DNA from: Malacoraja senta
Lineage: Eukaryota
Direction of reading: 5' to 3'
NCBI GenBank assembly: GCA_038087875.1
Contig: CM075989.1
Location: 16,060,001 to 16,124,000, forward strand
DNA length: 64,000 bases
Translations under genes and position numbers: made by a program
Shown here: in pieces, positions 25,634 to 38,605 of the stretch
How the letters are laid out: every line of letters begins with the position of its first letter
How positions within the stretch are numbered: the stretch's first letter is position 1
Notes under the pieces: model-generated
What the model saw: only the letters and a program-made list of their open reading frames with translations
Databases searched by the model: none
Told to the model about the DNA's origin: nothing

Positions 25634-26696
25634 GATGGCTTCGTGCTGGCTCTTCCCTTGAAGCCAATGGATAGAGACTGCACGATTGGCAGGTGGAATG
25701 GAGTGCTGCGGGGGTGGGCCAGCGCCACTGATGGACTGAGGGTGTACTGCATCGTAACCTGCAACAATGCTACCTCATTGACGTTGCAGCATTCTTAATG
25801 AGGTTGGATTACTGCTGGTGACTCCTTTACAAAGTGGATGGCTGGTCATGCAACAGCTTCTGATCTAGATTTTCCCATGCGAAAGCAGACTATGACTTGC
25901 CTCGTATTGAACTCCTGAACCTACTGACCATGTACCTACACCACTCTGTACATGTGTGTACCCCAGTGTGGGATTCAGTTAAAAACCATTTGGGTGGTAC
26001 TGGTTAAAATCTGGAAAAACAAAGTCAAATCTGGTTAGAGTGCAGAACTAAATCTTTTTTTTTTTTAACTGAGAGAGGGAATCTGTAAATAGTCTAAATG
26101 CTAAACGAAATTACTCGACCAAAAAAAGAATTTCCTGCCTGCAGCCAGGATTCTGCAGGGTCAGGTCAGGATCGTCAGAGAGCAGGTAGAGGGGAAAGAA
26201 CAGATCAGACACAATGATGTGCCTTGCACCATGGAGTGTAGGTTAATGGGTACCTTCCAGCCACACATAGGTTCTTAACATAAAGCCTGCAGGGAATAGA
26301 TAACTGGAGAGGCCAAGCCCTGTATCTTCTACTAATTTATTTAAAGTTCATTCTGCAGGCATGCTGATTTCAAATCTTTACAGAAATATTTAAAGCTTTT
26401 TTCCAGATTACATTTACCTTATTTCTGGTAGCAGACCATCTGTGGCTCAGAAAGAAGGATTCACATTCTCACTTGCCTGTTTCACACACTCATAGTGGCA
26501 GCTGCAAAGGGGGGCAGCAGCATAGGTCCTTGTTCTTGGGTTCCTCCCCTCCCACAACCGACCCTGCAGCCTCTCACACATTACCCATTGCATTAGCAAT
26601 GATGAGCATTATAGGCAGAGTCCAGTCACCCTGGATCATTGATCTTACCCCTGCAGTCAAATTCCATCATTGCCACTGCGGCTTTGGATTCAGACT

Positions 26697-27210
26697 TTGA
26701 AGATACAGTGTGCAAACAGGCACTTCGGCCCATCGAGTCCGTTTCGACCAGCGATCACCCCATACACGAACACTAGGGACAATTTGCAGTAGCCAATTAA
26801 CCTACAAACCTGCACATCGTTGGAGTGTGGGAGGAAACCGGAGCACCCGGATAAAACCCACATGGTCACAGGGAGAACATCCAAACTCCCGACAGACAGA
26901 ACCTGTAGTCAGGATCGAACCCGGGTCTCTAACACTGCAAGGCAGCAACTCTACCAGTGTATCTCTGGCTCTGTCATTCGATCCTGACTATGGGTGCTGT
27001 CCGTACGGAGTTTACACGTTCTCCCTGTGACCGCGTGGGTTTTCTCCGGGTGCTCTGGTTTCCTCCCAATTCCAAAGGTCTGTTGGTCAATTGGCTTTGA
27101 GTAAATTGTCCCCAGTGTGTAGGATAGAACTAGTGTATGGGTGATTGCTGGGTGTGTACTCGCTGGTCCACAGGGACTGTTTCCACGCTGTATCTCTAAA
27201 CAAAACTAAA
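26697..27210. mobile_element. Two SINEs head-to-head (26697-26960 on -, 26976-27210 on +)
   Basis: Both match the family, in opposite orientations. Confidence 0.85.
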
Positions 27211-28254
27211 GAATATGGATCGATGAACGAGCAGAAGGTTAGAGATAACCAGGCTTTGAGCAAGTTGGGAGGTGAGGAAAGGGGAAAGGTTGGTGTGTGA
27301 TGTCACAGAAAGCAGGAGATATTAGCTGCCTGAAGGGATGATGATGGGACAAGTATGGAAGAAAAAAATGGGGAGAGAGGAGGTCAAATGGCAGGAGCTC
27401 AATCATTTTATGAAGTTACTTAACTTAAGTGTTGAGTCTGGAATGTGCCTCCTTAAAAGGATAATTTCCCTGAGTTTACGAACCTACTTGAGAAGGTTAG
27501 AGTTGAAGTGGGTTTGAAAATTCAAGTGACAATTGACAGGCTTGGAGTCAGATTGAATTTAGTCAACGGTATCGTGAAGCAGACCAAGAGGAGACCATGT
27601 TGCCCTGGGTGACGCCATCTCCATATCAAATGCTCGCTGAGAATCTAAATATACTGTAGTACATTGATTGGTTTCCCCTTATATTCCACATATGTGTGTA
27701 CTGACACAAAGTGATCTACTGTCTTACACTCTAGTACTTAGTAGGGTTGCGTCAAATCCATACTATGATTGTCACTCAACTGTACACAAAAAAAAAGAAT
27801 TTCATTGTACATAGATACACGTGACAATAAAGTACCATTCTTCAAAGAACATCCACCTTGTCAAACAGGATTTCTCTTTTACTATTTGAGAATGACAGGA
27901 ACTGCAGATGCTGGAAGTTTGAAATAAAACTGGAATCACTCAGTAGGTCAGACAGCAGGTGAAGAGAGAGAAACAGAGTTAACCTTTCAGGTCCGACACC
28001 CTTCATGACCTGCTGAATTTTCAATACTTTCTGTTTAATTGCTTCTCACCGAACCACTCCATGCCACAGAGATGGATCAATTGGAGGAACCGGAAGCAGA
28101 GTGGGGGATGGGCTAGGGGGATGGGGAGCAGGGGGGGGGAGATGTTGCCATAGTAGCTGTGACATGTAGCATGGTAGGTTCAAGGTTCAAGGTTCAAGGT
28201 CTTTTATTGTCATGTGTACCAATTAAGGTTCAGTGATATCCCCAGTAGCTGGGG

Positions 28255-28641
28255 ATCATATAGGAACATATAAAATTCTTAAGGGAATGGACAGGCAAGA
28301 TGCAGGGAAAATGTTCCTGATGTTGGGGGAATCCTGAACCAGGGGTCACAGTTTAAGAATAAGGGGTAGGCCATTTAGGGCTGAGATGAGGGAAAACATT
28401 TTCACACAGAGAGTTGTGAATCTGTGGAATTCTCTGCCACAGAAGGCAGTGGAGACCAATTAACTGGATGTTTTCAAGAGAATTAGATATAGTTCTTAGG
28501 GCTAACGGAATCAAGGGATTATGGGGAGAAAGCAGGAACGGGGTACTGATTTTGGATGATCAGCCATGATTATATTGAATGGCGGTGCTGGCTCATAGGG
28601 CTGAATGGCCTACTCCTGCACCTATTTTCTATGTTTCTATG
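28255..28641 (+). mobile_element. CR1 LINE 3' fragment
   Basis: ORF2 end and CCTACTCCTGCACCTATT 3' UTR. Confidence 0.88.
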
Positions 28642-29077
28642 ACAGTGAGTGAATGTTGTTCTATGACCAATCCCTGGACGTGGAGATAAGGAGGTTGCAG
28701 AAGGACAGGCTCAGAGATAGACCGTGAGAGGGGAAGAGTGAGCTAAACTGATGGCATTTCCAATTCCGTTGTGAGCGAGAAATGTGACAACATGTCATCA
28801 GGATTGTATCAACGAGAGGCATGGGAGAGAGTCTGAGTCAAGCTGAAAGAAAGAACTTCCTGCATTTATCCCATGGACAGAGGCAAAACCAGGACCATCT
28901 GGTCCTCTTTTGGGATTTATTCACAAGCTTAAATACCTATTGAATACACAGGGTTGGGCAAAACCTTTCGGGGGAGTTCTCGGCACCCGATGGCGCAAAC
29001 TGGGGTAACTAGCTTTGCCACCTACTGGTACATGTTGGAACTACGGTCATCCTCAGATACCAGAATAATTCTCAACC

Positions 29078-29175
29078 TATCTCCTTCGCTCCATAGATGC
29101 TGCTGCACCTGCTGAGTTTCTCCAGCACTTTTGTGTACCTTCGATTTTCCAGCATCTGCAGTTCCTTCTTAAACA
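29078..29175 (+). mobile_element. Truncated Penelope-derived module
   Basis: 14-bp TSD AATAATTCTCAACC at 29064 and 29176. Confidence 0.75.
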
Positions 29176-29394
29176 AATAATTCTCAACCATAGAGGTACA
29201 GCATGGAAACAAGCCATTTGTCCCAACTCAGTAGACCATACAATGGGCACCTTCCCATAATGGTCCCATCCCAACAGTGAATCTCGGGGAGTACATTCCA
29301 GATACTTACCCCACTCTCAGTGAAGAATAGTCCCTCTCCGAACCCATCTAATTCTCTTTCCCTAAATCCACGCCCTCTACTTTCATCTGGCTCC

Positions 29395-31110
29395 AGAACA
29401 GAGAACAGTACAGCACAGGAACAGGCCCTTCGGCCCACAATGTATGTGTCGAAAATGGCACACCAACTCTTACCTACCTGCCTGGACATATTACACATCC
29501 CTCCATTCCCTGCATATCCATTTGCTTATCCAAAAGTCTCTTAAAAGCCACTAACATACCTGCCTCAACCATCACCACTGATAGCGCATTCCAGGCACTC
29601 GTCATCCACTGTGTAAAAAAAACATCTCCTTTAAACTTTGCCCTTCTCTCCTTAAAGCTATGCCCCCTAGTATTTAATATTTCCATCCTGGGGAAAAAGT
29701 TGACTGTCTACGCCTCTCATAATTTTAATACCTCCATCATGCCCCATCCTAACCTCATCCATCCCAGGGAGAACAGACCTGGCTTCACCAGAGTCTCCTC
29801 ATAACTGATGTGTTCCTTCTGGACAACATCCTGATCAATCTCCTCTGAATCCTTTCCAGAGTGATCACCTCCTCCCAAATCATGGGGTCCAGAACTGCAC
29901 ATGGTTATAAAGTTGGCCCATAACCGCCTTACTTCTATACTTGATGTCTTAACTAATGAAGGCCATTATCATGTATGCTTCCTAAACACATTATCGACCT
30001 GCATTGCCACTTTCAAGATTCTATTGACTTGTATTCCAAGGCCCCTCTGTTACTCAATGCCTTCCAAAGCCCTATCATTCATGTCCTAGCATGACACATC
30101 ACATTTGCCTGGATTAAATTCCATCCACCATTTTTCAGCCCATTTCACCATCAATATAAGGTTATGAGGTGATAAGTGATAGGAGTAGAATTAGGCCATT
30201 CGGCCCATCAAGTCTACTCCGCCATTCAATCATGGCTGATTTATCGCTCTCTCTCCTAACCCCATTCTCCTCCTTCTCCCCATAAACTCTGACACCTGTA
30301 CTAATCAAAAATGTATCTATCTCTGCCTTAAAGATATCCACTGACTTGGCCTCCACAGCCTTCTGTGGCCTAGAATTCCACAGATTCACCACCCTCTGAC
30401 TAAAGACATTTCTCGTCATCTCCTTCCAAAAAGAATGTCCTTTAATTCTGAGGCTATGACCTCTAGTCCTAAACTCTCCCACTAGTGGAAACATCCTCCC
30501 CACATCCACTCTAACCAAGCCTTTCACTATTCTGAATGTTTCAATGAGGTTCCCCCTCATTCTTCTAAACTCCAGCGAGTACAGGCCCAGTGCCGACAAA
30601 CGGTCATCATAGGTTAACCTGCTCATTCCTGGGATCAGGAATATCTCCCTGCAGCCTAAGACTTCTCTCCGCACTATCAACAACTCTGCTAATCTTAGCA
30701 TCTTCTGCAAACTTTCTGATCACGTCTCCCACATCCACAACCAAGTCATTCATATATATCACAGACAGCAAGTGGCCCAGCATCAATCCTTGTTGGACAA
30801 GGAGTTATAATGTGGGACACAGCAGTCAATTCAGATAAACGTGAGGTGTTCAGTTTTGGTAGGACAAACCAGGGCAGGACTTACACAGTAAATGGCAGGG
30901 CATTGGGAGTGCTGTAGAACAGAGAGTCCTTGGGATGCTTGTACCCAGTTGCCTGAAATTGACAATACGGGTAGACAGGGTGGCGAGGAAGGTGTTTGGC
31001 ATCCTTGCTTCATTGGTCATGGTATTGAGCTCATGAGTTACAACTGTAGAAGACATTGATAAGACCACATCTGGAGTACTGTGTACACTTATGGTCACTC
31101 TGTTAAATCT
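29395..31110. mobile_element. CR1 cluster: old minus copy with a younger CR1 (about 30161-30640) nested in it, plus a plus-strand piece (30825-31110)
   Basis: ORF 30162-30710 GLYSLEFRRMRG...SQRVVNLWNS; degenerate RT on both sides. Confidence 0.85.
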
Positions 31111-32327
31111 GAGTCCATGGAGAAATTTGCAAAAGAGGACTTGCAATGGAAAATGAGGGTCAGTGGAAGCAGAGGGAGAGGAGGGGGGGATGGAGAAAAC
31201 CTGGCAGAGCAGTGGAGTTCTGAGGAACGTGTGCAGTCGAGCAGGGTGGGAACCACAAAGTATTGGAGTGTTGAGTGTGGAGTTCAACTGTAGATAATAG
31301 ACCCTGGAGCTTGGAAGAGGGAAGCAAGACACAGGATAAGTAACTGAGCCTAAAATTTACCTCAGGGTAAAACAGAACTCAAAGAGGATACATATCACGC
31401 AAGACAAAAGCAGGATTGTTGGCACAAGTTGAATGGCCCATTATCAGATTAGTGCGTGATCCAAATTTACACTTTCTAGCAGCAGGGCTTTATAATCTTC
31501 AGGGTTGCATTGCATATTTTACCAAAGCTGGGTCACTGAATTCGTAAGCTTTTTCGAACTTCAGTTGGAATTTGGTCAAGTAGATGATATAAATTTCGCA
31601 AAGCAAAATGGAGCAGGTCAGTGTAACAATGAGGGCAGGCTGTTGTTTCACCCAAGCACCACTTCAATTTAAATAGAAAAAATGTACGCTACACTGTTCC
31701 AACACTTTTCTGATGTCTGGCACGTCTAGGCTCAGGAATATTAGGCAGCAATCTATTGGAAAACCTTAGCAAGGGAAAATTCTCTGTACTGCTACCAAAC
31801 TGACCCGAAGATGTCTTGCATACTGCACCTGAGTCAATCAGCAGCAGTGTTCACCCACAACAAATGATACATCATTATGCTTTTCAGATTTAATCATGTA
31901 AATAAATTGTTTTAGTCTGATCTAAAATGCATTTCAAAGATTAATTCAATTGGCACAATTTAAAAAAATTACATTTTTATTCCACTTTACGCAACCACAG
32001 GACATCCTGAGGCAGTTTATCTTTAAAGTGCCCTGGGAGTGCAATTAACAGTTGTGATGTAGGAGACACCAGACATTTCGTCCACAGCAGGTAATGATGA
32101 GATGTGTGTGGAACATCTGCTTAAATGATCATCGTGTTAATTTACAAATAGAGTATTTCATCTTTTGATCAAGAGCAACTAATTTGAGCTGAGACACATC
32201 TGCCTACTCACATTCCCCGAGTCGTTATTTACTGATGATTAGTGGCAGTACAGAGCAGCGTTTGCGTGAGATGTTTGAAGATTGCAAGGATGCCTCTGCT
32301 CATGGCCTGAATCTTCCCCGTTCTCAG

Positions 32328-32445
32328 GAGTTTTTTCAGGTGCCAAAAGGAAAGGTTCATCTCATTGGATACAGTCTCGGAGCTCATGTTTCGGGATTTG
32401 CTGGAAGCTATATCACCGGGCCAACCAAAATTGGGAGAATAACAG
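32328..32445 (+). CDS. LIPC: Hepatic lipase exon 4 (catalytic Ser)
   Basis: ttctcag|[40 protein letters not shown]|gtaac; GxSxG nucleophile elbow, Ser codon 32373-32375; 118 bp. Confidence 0.96.
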
Positions 32446-33141
32446 GTAACGTGGAAAATGCAAAGAATGGAAAAGGATTCATGAGATTTTCTCATGAGGG
32501 AAATACACATATTCAAAGACAACACTCTTCAGATTGTTAATATATACTACATTTTGTTGATCAGCACTGCTAACAACCCATCAATGCTTTTAAAAGATTT
32601 TTAGATCAATGTATCTGAAATAAAGTAAATTCATCTGATGACCAGTACAAATCAGGTCAGTCCATGAAGTTAATTGTGTTTTCCCTGTGTACTTAATGGC
32701 TAAAATTCAGCTTATAGACTGATTTACCTGAAATGCTTACCGAAAATGTACATGAGGTTGTGTTAGTTATTTCTAAGTCATATCTAAATGCATTCAGTGT
32801 TTAAGTTTGCCTTGTCACTGTTTCTTCACCTATATATTGGGAGAAAATCTGCACAATATGAATGTACAAGGAGTCCCTGGTTAATGTAAAGGTTCAGATC
32901 CTGAGAATGATCCGTAAACTGATTTTTCCATGTCATGCAGGTCAGCAAATAGGGTGATCGGCGAGAGGGACTTTGGTGCACGTTGTGATGTGGACAGCAG
33001 GGTTTTGGTTTATCTTTGATCATAGCGCAATGCTGTGTTTTATACTATATTTAATGATATAAAAAGTCCCTGGATGTAGACATCTACTGTCATTCTGTTC
33101 TTTAGTGCATTAACAAAAATACTTGTTACTAAAATTATTAT

Positions 33142-33577
33142 TTAAGAAAGAACTGCAGATGCTGGAAAAATCGAAGGTAGACAAAAATGCTGGAGAAACT
33201 CAGCGGGTGAGGCAGCAGCTATGGAGCGAAGGAATAGGTGACGTTCCGGGCAGAGACCCTTCTTCAGACTGATGTGGGGGTTGGGGGAAGAAGAAAGGAA
33301 GAGGCTGTGGGAGATCTGGGAAGGGGAGTGGAAGGAGGGAGAAAGCAGGACTACCAGAAATTGGAGAAGTCAATGTTCATACCGCTGGGGTGTAAACTAC
33401 CCAAGCAAAATATGAGATGCTGCTCCTCCAATTTGTGGTGGGACTCACTCTGTCCATGGACGAGGCCCTCCACCCCCACATCAGTCTGAAGAAGGGTCTC
33501 AACCTGAAACGTCACCTATTCCTTCGCTCCATAGATGCTGCCTCACCCGCTGAGTTTCTCCAGCATTTTTGTCTACT
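33142..33577 (-). mobile_element. Penelope-like element 3' end with inverted terminal repeats
   Basis: 33467-33351 reads GLVHGQSESHHKLEEQHLIFCLGSLHPSGMNIDFSNFW*, like the C-terminus of the Penelope GIY-YIG endonuclease; inverted arms 33177-33283 and 33469-33576. Confidence 0.8.
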
Positions 33578-33793
33578 GAAATTAATATGGTAGATTTCTA
33601 CAAGCCCACCCAATGATTCACTAACCAAACCAGTTTCCATGAAAAATTCGCCAGATTAAATAGTATTGAGAAATGGAAATGATCAGAATAAAACTGCCCC
33701 ATTTTGCTGAATAACATTCATTTGTTAACTATATAGCCACCCATAACATATCGCTCTGCATAAGCTTCCTATAATTTCACCATTTCATCGAAT

Positions 33794-33928
33794 GAAAGAA
33801 TGAAGAAGGGTCTCAACCTGAAACATCATCCATTCCTTCTCTCCAGAGATGGTGCCTGTCCCGTAGAGTTGCTCCAGCTCTTTGTGTCTATCTCCAGTTT
33901 AAACCAGCATCTGCAGTTCCTTCTTACA
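33794..33928 (+). mobile_element. Penelope-derived module
   Basis: 13-bp TSD CATTTCATCGAAT at 33781 and 33929. Confidence 0.78.
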
Positions 33929-33984
33929 CATTTCATCGAATATCTCTTCAGCCCAGCATGACCAGATTCAGGCTCAGATCAGTT

Positions 33985-34275
33985 TACGGATGTGTACACA
34001 GAGTGCAATGAAATTCCTTAATTGCATGAAGCTCACATAGTAAATAGTACACAGGAAATATAGATACAACAATAGATGCAAGACAAATGCAAAACAGCAG
34101 TGGAAAAAATATTAGCGTCCAACAATGGAATAACCGATTGAGGTAGAGTAAAGAGTAAAAGTTGCTGGTCAAGAGGTCCAGAAGCCAGTTGCAGATGGAG
34201 GCCCTGAGTTGCAGAGTTTACTTGGAATTATGATGTTGAAGGGTGTGCTGTAGACGATGAATCGCATCCTGAATA
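33985..34275 (-). mobile_element. Rex1/Babar-like LINE remnant
   Basis: RMRFIVYSTPFNIIIPSKL...SICNWLLDLLT resembles the Rex1 RT motif (LFIDYSSAFNTIIP); same 3' tail family at about 3655-3745, 9385-9478, 14650-14775, 40790-40960 and 42880-42980. Confidence 0.6.
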
Positions 34276-35848
34276 TGCGCTCTTGATGTCTTAACACATG
34301 TGAAGGTGAAGATGTCAGAATGTAAATAAGCAGAATTTTTTTTGGTTTCATGTTTAACCAAATTTGACAGAAATGGTGCAAGAGTTGTCCCATCCAGTCA
34401 GTGTTAGCCATTGTGGCCAATCAGACCACCTTGGAGAAAAAGAGAAAATCTGAAAGGAATACTGAAAATGTTGACAGTGGTCAGAATGCCAATCAAATCT
34501 TCAATAAAAAAAAGTTAGTTCCACTTCATATGCGGAATCTGCATTAGACTCAAAAGGGGCACTCCACTCTACATTGTTAGGTCATTCATCCTTGGAAATA
34601 TAAGGTTACAAGGAAAAGGCAGGAGAATGGGGTTGAGAATGGAAAATAGATTAGCCATGATCGAATGGCGGAGCAGACGATGGGCTGAATGGCTTGATTC
34701 TTCTATTTCTTATGGTCTTACAAAGGGAGCAGGGTAATTTCTCCAGAATAAGCAAAGAGTGAACGAAAGTTACACATAAATTACATGCACAAAATGAGTC
34801 TCAGGCAGTTACAGCAGAGAGCTCTCCACGCTTGATTTACAGGGAAATTACCCGATCACCACCATTCTGCCTGACAACAGCACTTACTAAATCCTTCTCC
34901 TAAATCTGGTGCCTTTAATTCATTACTAAAGGCATTAGTACAATCACACCACCTCTACGCACAGAATGCACAGGAAGGGCAAATGGTAGTCCACTTAAAG
35001 AATCCAAGGACAAAGAGAAAGGCCATTCAGACATTACACCCATGCTAGCTCTTTGAAAGGTCTAACCAATTAGTCCCAGTTGCATTCCTTCATGGTGAAT
35101 TTGCTATGTTGTTTTTCTCCTTCACTTATTTCTCTAACTCCCTCTTTGAAAGATATCATTGAATTGGCTTCTAACTTTGATTTCCTGAAATTCAGAAAAT
35201 GATAGCCTTTCAGTCAAAATAAATTTCACCTCTGGAGTGATGTGCAGAAGCGTAGATTGGAATCCTGTAAAGAGCCATCTGTGGACAACCAGCAAATCTC
35301 GCTGCTTTATCACACACTGCTGCTGTTTTATGCATACCGAACCTTTATATGCTGCAAATTACATCAATCACGTCGCACTACATGTTGTGACTGAAAACAA
35401 TCGCAATGAAAAATGTTCCCATAGTAACAGCAGTGTGACCTACGAAAAGAAACCTTAAACTAATTAAAATTCATACCCACGACAACAGTGACAGAAGCAA
35501 TGATTTTGTTTGCTGCTGGTATCACCTGTTGTCATTTTGTGTGCACATTCATTACACTTCCTGACCTGTTCAAGGCTTTCTTTCATTTCTTTTCTATAAA
35601 CAGAAAACAGATGGGGAACCAACGGGATGGGTGCATATCCAATTACTAGATTTTGTATCCACATCGGTTTGACAATGTTCATTCATATTTTCAGTGTCAA
35701 AGCAAATAGCCCTACAATATGCACACTTTGTGCAGTTAAATCTGTTTTGTTAAACAGTAAATGCATCTTAAATCCTTTGGCTCTTCACCTCTTAACTCTT
35801 ATCCATTTTTCTCTGCTTCACTAAAGGCTACAAGGTAAAAAGGATGCA

Positions 35849-36510
35849 GGGTGGCGCAGCAGTAGAGTTGCTGCCTTACAGCACCAGAGACCCGGGTTTG
35901 ATTCCGACTATGGATACTATCTGTACAGAGTTCTCCCCGTGATTGTTAAGGGCTTGGACACGCTAGAGGCAGGAAACATGTTCCCGATGTTGGGGGAGTC
36001 CAGAACCAGGGACCACAGTTTAAGAATAAGGAGTAAGCCATTTAGAACGGAGACGAGGAAACACTTTTTCTCACAGAGAGTGGTGAGTCTGTGGAATTCT
36101 CTGCCTCTGAGGGCGGTGGAGGCCGGTTCTCTGGATGCTTTCAAGAGAGAGCTAGATAGGGCTCTTAAAAATAGCGGAGTCAGGGGATATGGGGAGAAGG
36201 CAGGAACGGGGTACTGATTGGGGATGATCAGCCATGATCACATTGAATGGCGGTGCTGGCTCGAAGGGCCAAATGGCCTACTCCTGCACCTATTGTCTAT
36301 TGTCTATTGACTGCATGGGTTTTGTCCGGGAGCTCTGGGTTCCTCCCACATTCCAAAGAAGTACAGGTTTGTAGGTTGATTGGCTTTGGTGAGAATTGTA
36401 AATTGTCCCTGGTGTGAAGAATAGTGCTAGTGTATGGGAATCGCTGGCTGGTGTGGACTTAGAGGGCTGAAATGGCCTCCTTCCATGGTGTATCTCTAAA
36501 CTAAACTAAA
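35849..36510 (+). mobile_element. SINE split by a young CR1 3' fragment (about 35943-36310)
   Basis: SINE ...TTCTCCCCGTGA|CR1 (ORF 35939-36217, (TATTGTC)n tail)|CTGCATGGG... SINE resumes. Confidence 0.88.
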
Positions 36511-37393
36511 AATAAAAGGAATGAAGACAGCGTAAAGCACAAGAATTTTCCCTTTCCCCACCACCCCCAGCCACAACTAGATGAACAAGCCTTGATGTCA
36601 AAGATTCCAAATCCTTCAATTGCCTGGCTGCTTTTGCCCTAAATTGGAAAAGCAGACATTCGAAAAGAAGTGAGATTAAAAGGTAGATCTTTATTTGACA
36701 ATCCAACACTCCAATCTCTAGGCTCTTGAGAAATTCAAAAGATGTCCAGTGTAGCAGTCTGGCCAACTAATGACAGTATTGTTACCTCAGCACCTCTAAC
36801 TTGTCACACCAGTGGTACCATCTGATTCACAATAAGAACTGGTCTTCAGACTGTCTGAAGAAGTGTTTCAACCTGAAACATCACCTGTTCCTTTTCTCCA
36901 TCGATGCTGCCTGACCCATTGAGTTGCTCCAGCACTTTGTGTCTCTCTCTCATGGACTACCAACCTGGCTCCATATCGTAGAGTCATTCAGCAGGGATGC
37001 AGACACATCAGCTCAACTTGTCCACGCTTGTCCAACTGGGCCAAGATGTTAATCCCATTTGTTTACATTTGGCCCATATCCATCTAAACATTTCCTATCC
37101 ATGTACCAGTCTTTTAAATGGTGGTCATAGTACCCGCATCAACTAATTCCTCTGGCAGTTCATTCCATATATCCACCATCCTCTAAGTGAAGGAGTTGTC
37201 TTTCCAACTGGGAATTCCACAGAGTAGAAAATGCTGTGCCTTCTACCACAGCCCATCTCAACCTTGTACAAAGTATTAATACATTGTAACTAAACAATTA
37301 ACAGTTACTAATGTGGATTTAGATATATTATGGCAAGCATTCTGAATTAGGATCATTATTCAAATTTATGTCTTTAAAGCTTTTTATTATAAA

Positions 37394-37489
37394 GTCTGAA
37401 GAAGGGTCTCGACCCGAAACGTCACCCATTGCTTCTCTCCAGAGATGCTGCCTGTCCCGCTGAATTACTCCAGCTTTTTGTGTCTACCT
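37394..37489 (+). mobile_element. 96-bp Penelope-derived module with an intact minimal hammerhead core
   Basis: CTGAAGA-A-GGGT CTCG ACCC-GAAAC-GTC at 37396-37423; 13-bp TSD TTTTTATTATAAA. Confidence 0.8.
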
Positions 37490-38013
37490 TTTTTATTATA
37501 AAATGTATAAATACAGTTTGGCTTCAATTTATTTAACAGTAAAAATAGTGAAAGCTGTCTTAGGAAAACAATATCAAAATGTTTGACTGATGCTTCAAAG
37601 TTTTAATGTGGGACATTTGTGACCAAGTACAAACTCAAAACCATATTTCAATGTCCATGTACATACAATTTCTGTACTGTTTTTTTGGCTCAAATCCCAC
37701 ACTGGAAATTGAGGCACAGAATATACAGATACCTGTGTGGGGCATCAAGAGAAAGCTGCACTCTTATACCAAATATTTATTCTCAAATCAATACTTTGAA
37801 TCTTATGATCAAATTATCTACTTTGTGGCTTTATGAGACATCTTGATCTGAGATATTGTCTATTTCACAATTGATGATGGATCTTGCTGTGCCCCATCTC
37901 AACATGATCACATGGGGCCCGTTAAGTGTTTTGGCCCGTCTTGATGTCATGAAATGAGAGCATTACATTGTTTTTTGACTAAGAATATATTCCCTTCATT
38001 GCTTACTCCACAG

Positions 38014-38247
38014 GTCTTGACCCTGCTGGACCCCTGTTTGAAGGCATGTCATCAACAGAACGTCTATCTCCTGACGATGCAAGCTTCGTCGATGCTCTCC
38101 ACACCTTCACACAGGAGCACATGGGCCTGAGTGTTGGAATCAACCAACCTGTGGCCCACTATGACTTCTATCCGAACGGTGGCACCTTCCAACCTGGCTG
38201 CCACATCACGCACGTGTACAGTCACATCGCAATGTACGGGATTCTAG
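38014..38247 (+). CDS. LIPC: Hepatic lipase exon 5 (catalytic Asp, start of lid)
   Basis: ccacag|[77 protein letters not shown]|gtaggc; 234 bp. Confidence 0.97.
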
Positions 38248-38605
38248 GTAGGCTTTACTTTGACCAAAGTTACATTCTTTCACATTGACAGCAAAATATT
38301 TATATTTACAGTCATCCTATTAATTTCAGGATTAAAGCCAACAGGCAGGAAAACTTTAATCAGATGCAATAGCAAGCATGCGTTTCTTTATAATTACTCT
38401 GCACTCCTAATTATGGGGGCCATTTGCTGCTTAAATAGCATCGCGAGTTGGTCGATGATTGCTTCTGTTCCTGCATTGTCTGACTTCACAGCTATTGTGG
38501 CATCATACATCATCTCCGCAGAAAAGATGACAATTACAATTGTACTAACTTCACAGTGTTCTGGAGATTATTATATCAATTGTTCATTCTTTCATGATCT
38601 CTTAG

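Noticed and set aside
31990..32130. Ancient Deu-domain SINE remnants (also near 650-700 and 41170-41250)
   Set aside because: Resemblance too degenerate to support without an alignment
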